DNA from: Mobula birostris
Taxonomy: Eukaryota
Length of the DNA stretch: 64,000 nt
Direction: 5' to 3'
Assembly: GCF_030028105.1 (NCBI RefSeq)
Contig: NC_092389.1
Coordinates: 7,675,180 to 7,739,179, forward strand
Part shown: piece by piece, positions 63,114-64,000 of the stretch
How positions within the stretch are numbered: position 1 is the first letter of the stretch
Layout: each line of letters opens with the position of its first letter
The notes under the pieces: model-generated
Told to the model about the DNA's origin: nothing
The model's database searches: none
What the model saw: only the letters and a program-made list of their open reading frames with translations
Program-made: the position numbers and the translations under genes

Positions 63114-64000
63114 TCAGAATCAGAATCAGGTTTATTATCACCGGCATGTATCGTGAAATTTGTTAACTTAGTAGCAGCAGTTCAATGCAATACATAATCT
63201 AGCAGAGAGAAAAAATAATAAATAAAATAAAACATAATAATAAATAAATAAATAAATACAGTATACATATATTGAATAGATTAAAAATTGTGCAAAAAAC
63301 AAAAATACTATATATTAAAAAAGTGAGGTAGTGTCCAAGGGTTCAATGTCCATTTAGGGATCAGATTGCAGAGGGGAAGAAGCTGTTCCGGAATCGCTGA
63401 GTATGTGCCTTCAGACTTCTGTACCTCCTACCTAATGGTAACAGTGAGAAAAGGGCATGCCCTCGGTGCTGGAGGTACTTAATAATGGACGCTGCCTTTC
63501 TGAGACACCGCTTCCTAAAGATGTCCTGGGTACTTTGTAGGCTAGTGCCCAAGATGGAGCTGACTAGATTTACAACCCTCTGCAGCTTCTTTCAGTCCTG
63601 TGCAGTAGCCCCTCCGTACCAGACAGTGATGCAGCCTGTCAGAATGCTCTCCATAGTACAACTATAGAAGTTTTTGAGTGTATTTGTTGATATACCAAAT
63701 TTCTTCAAACTGCTAAAGAAGTATAGCCATTGTCTTGCCTTCTTTATAACTGCATCAGTATGTTGGAACCAGGTTAGATCCTCAGAGATCTTGACACCCA
63801 GGAACTTGAAGCTGCTCACTCTCTCCAGCTCTGACCCCTCTGTGAGGATTGGTATGTGTTCCTTCATCTTACCCTTCCTGAAGTCCACAATCAGCTCTTT
63901 TGTCTTACTGACGTTGAGTGCCAGGTTGTTGCTGTGACACCACTCCACTAGTTGGCATATCTCACTCCTGTACACCCTCTCGTCACCACCTGAGATCCTA
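63114..64000 (-). mobile_element. Rex1/Babar-type LINE 3' portion (runs off the window)
   Basis: ORF 63592-63975 reads WCHSNNLALNVSKTKELIVDFRK...FKFLGVKISEDLTW, followed by an aataaacctgattctgattctg tail. Confidence 0.88.

Overview
Repeat-rich vertebrate genomic DNA. The repeat repertoire (HE1/V-type and Deu-type SINEs, CR1/HER1-like LINEs, Penelope termini) points to a cartilaginous fish, probably a ray; this is an inference. Two Na-channel beta-subunit genes lie in tandem on the + strand. The last two coding exons of SCN2B are at 1840-2050 and 3551-3750. About 43 kb downstream, a CpG-rich promoter precedes an 88-nt signal-peptide exon (46554-46641) that the ORF track misses and that fits SCN4B exon 1; I could not find its exon 2 in the window. 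Most of the rest is transposon-derived: CR1/L2, Rex1/Babar, RTE-related SINEs, Penelope termini with hammerhead-like motifs, Tc1 and hAT elements, Gypsy-type LTRs, and a young RNase H-bearing Nimb/I LINE. The best novelty candidates are: (1) a miniature LTR element with only ~147 bp of internal sequence, a polypurine tract and a Tf1/sushi-like self-priming signature, carrying three nested insertions (37137-41650); (2) palindromic Penelope elements with minimal hammerhead motifs, one just after the SCN2B stop; (3) a LINE tail that appears to supply the branch-point region of SCN2B exon 3; (4) a structured 572-bp retroposon of unassigned family. All family names come from motif recall, not database searches. 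There is a 151-N assembly gap at 53176-53326.
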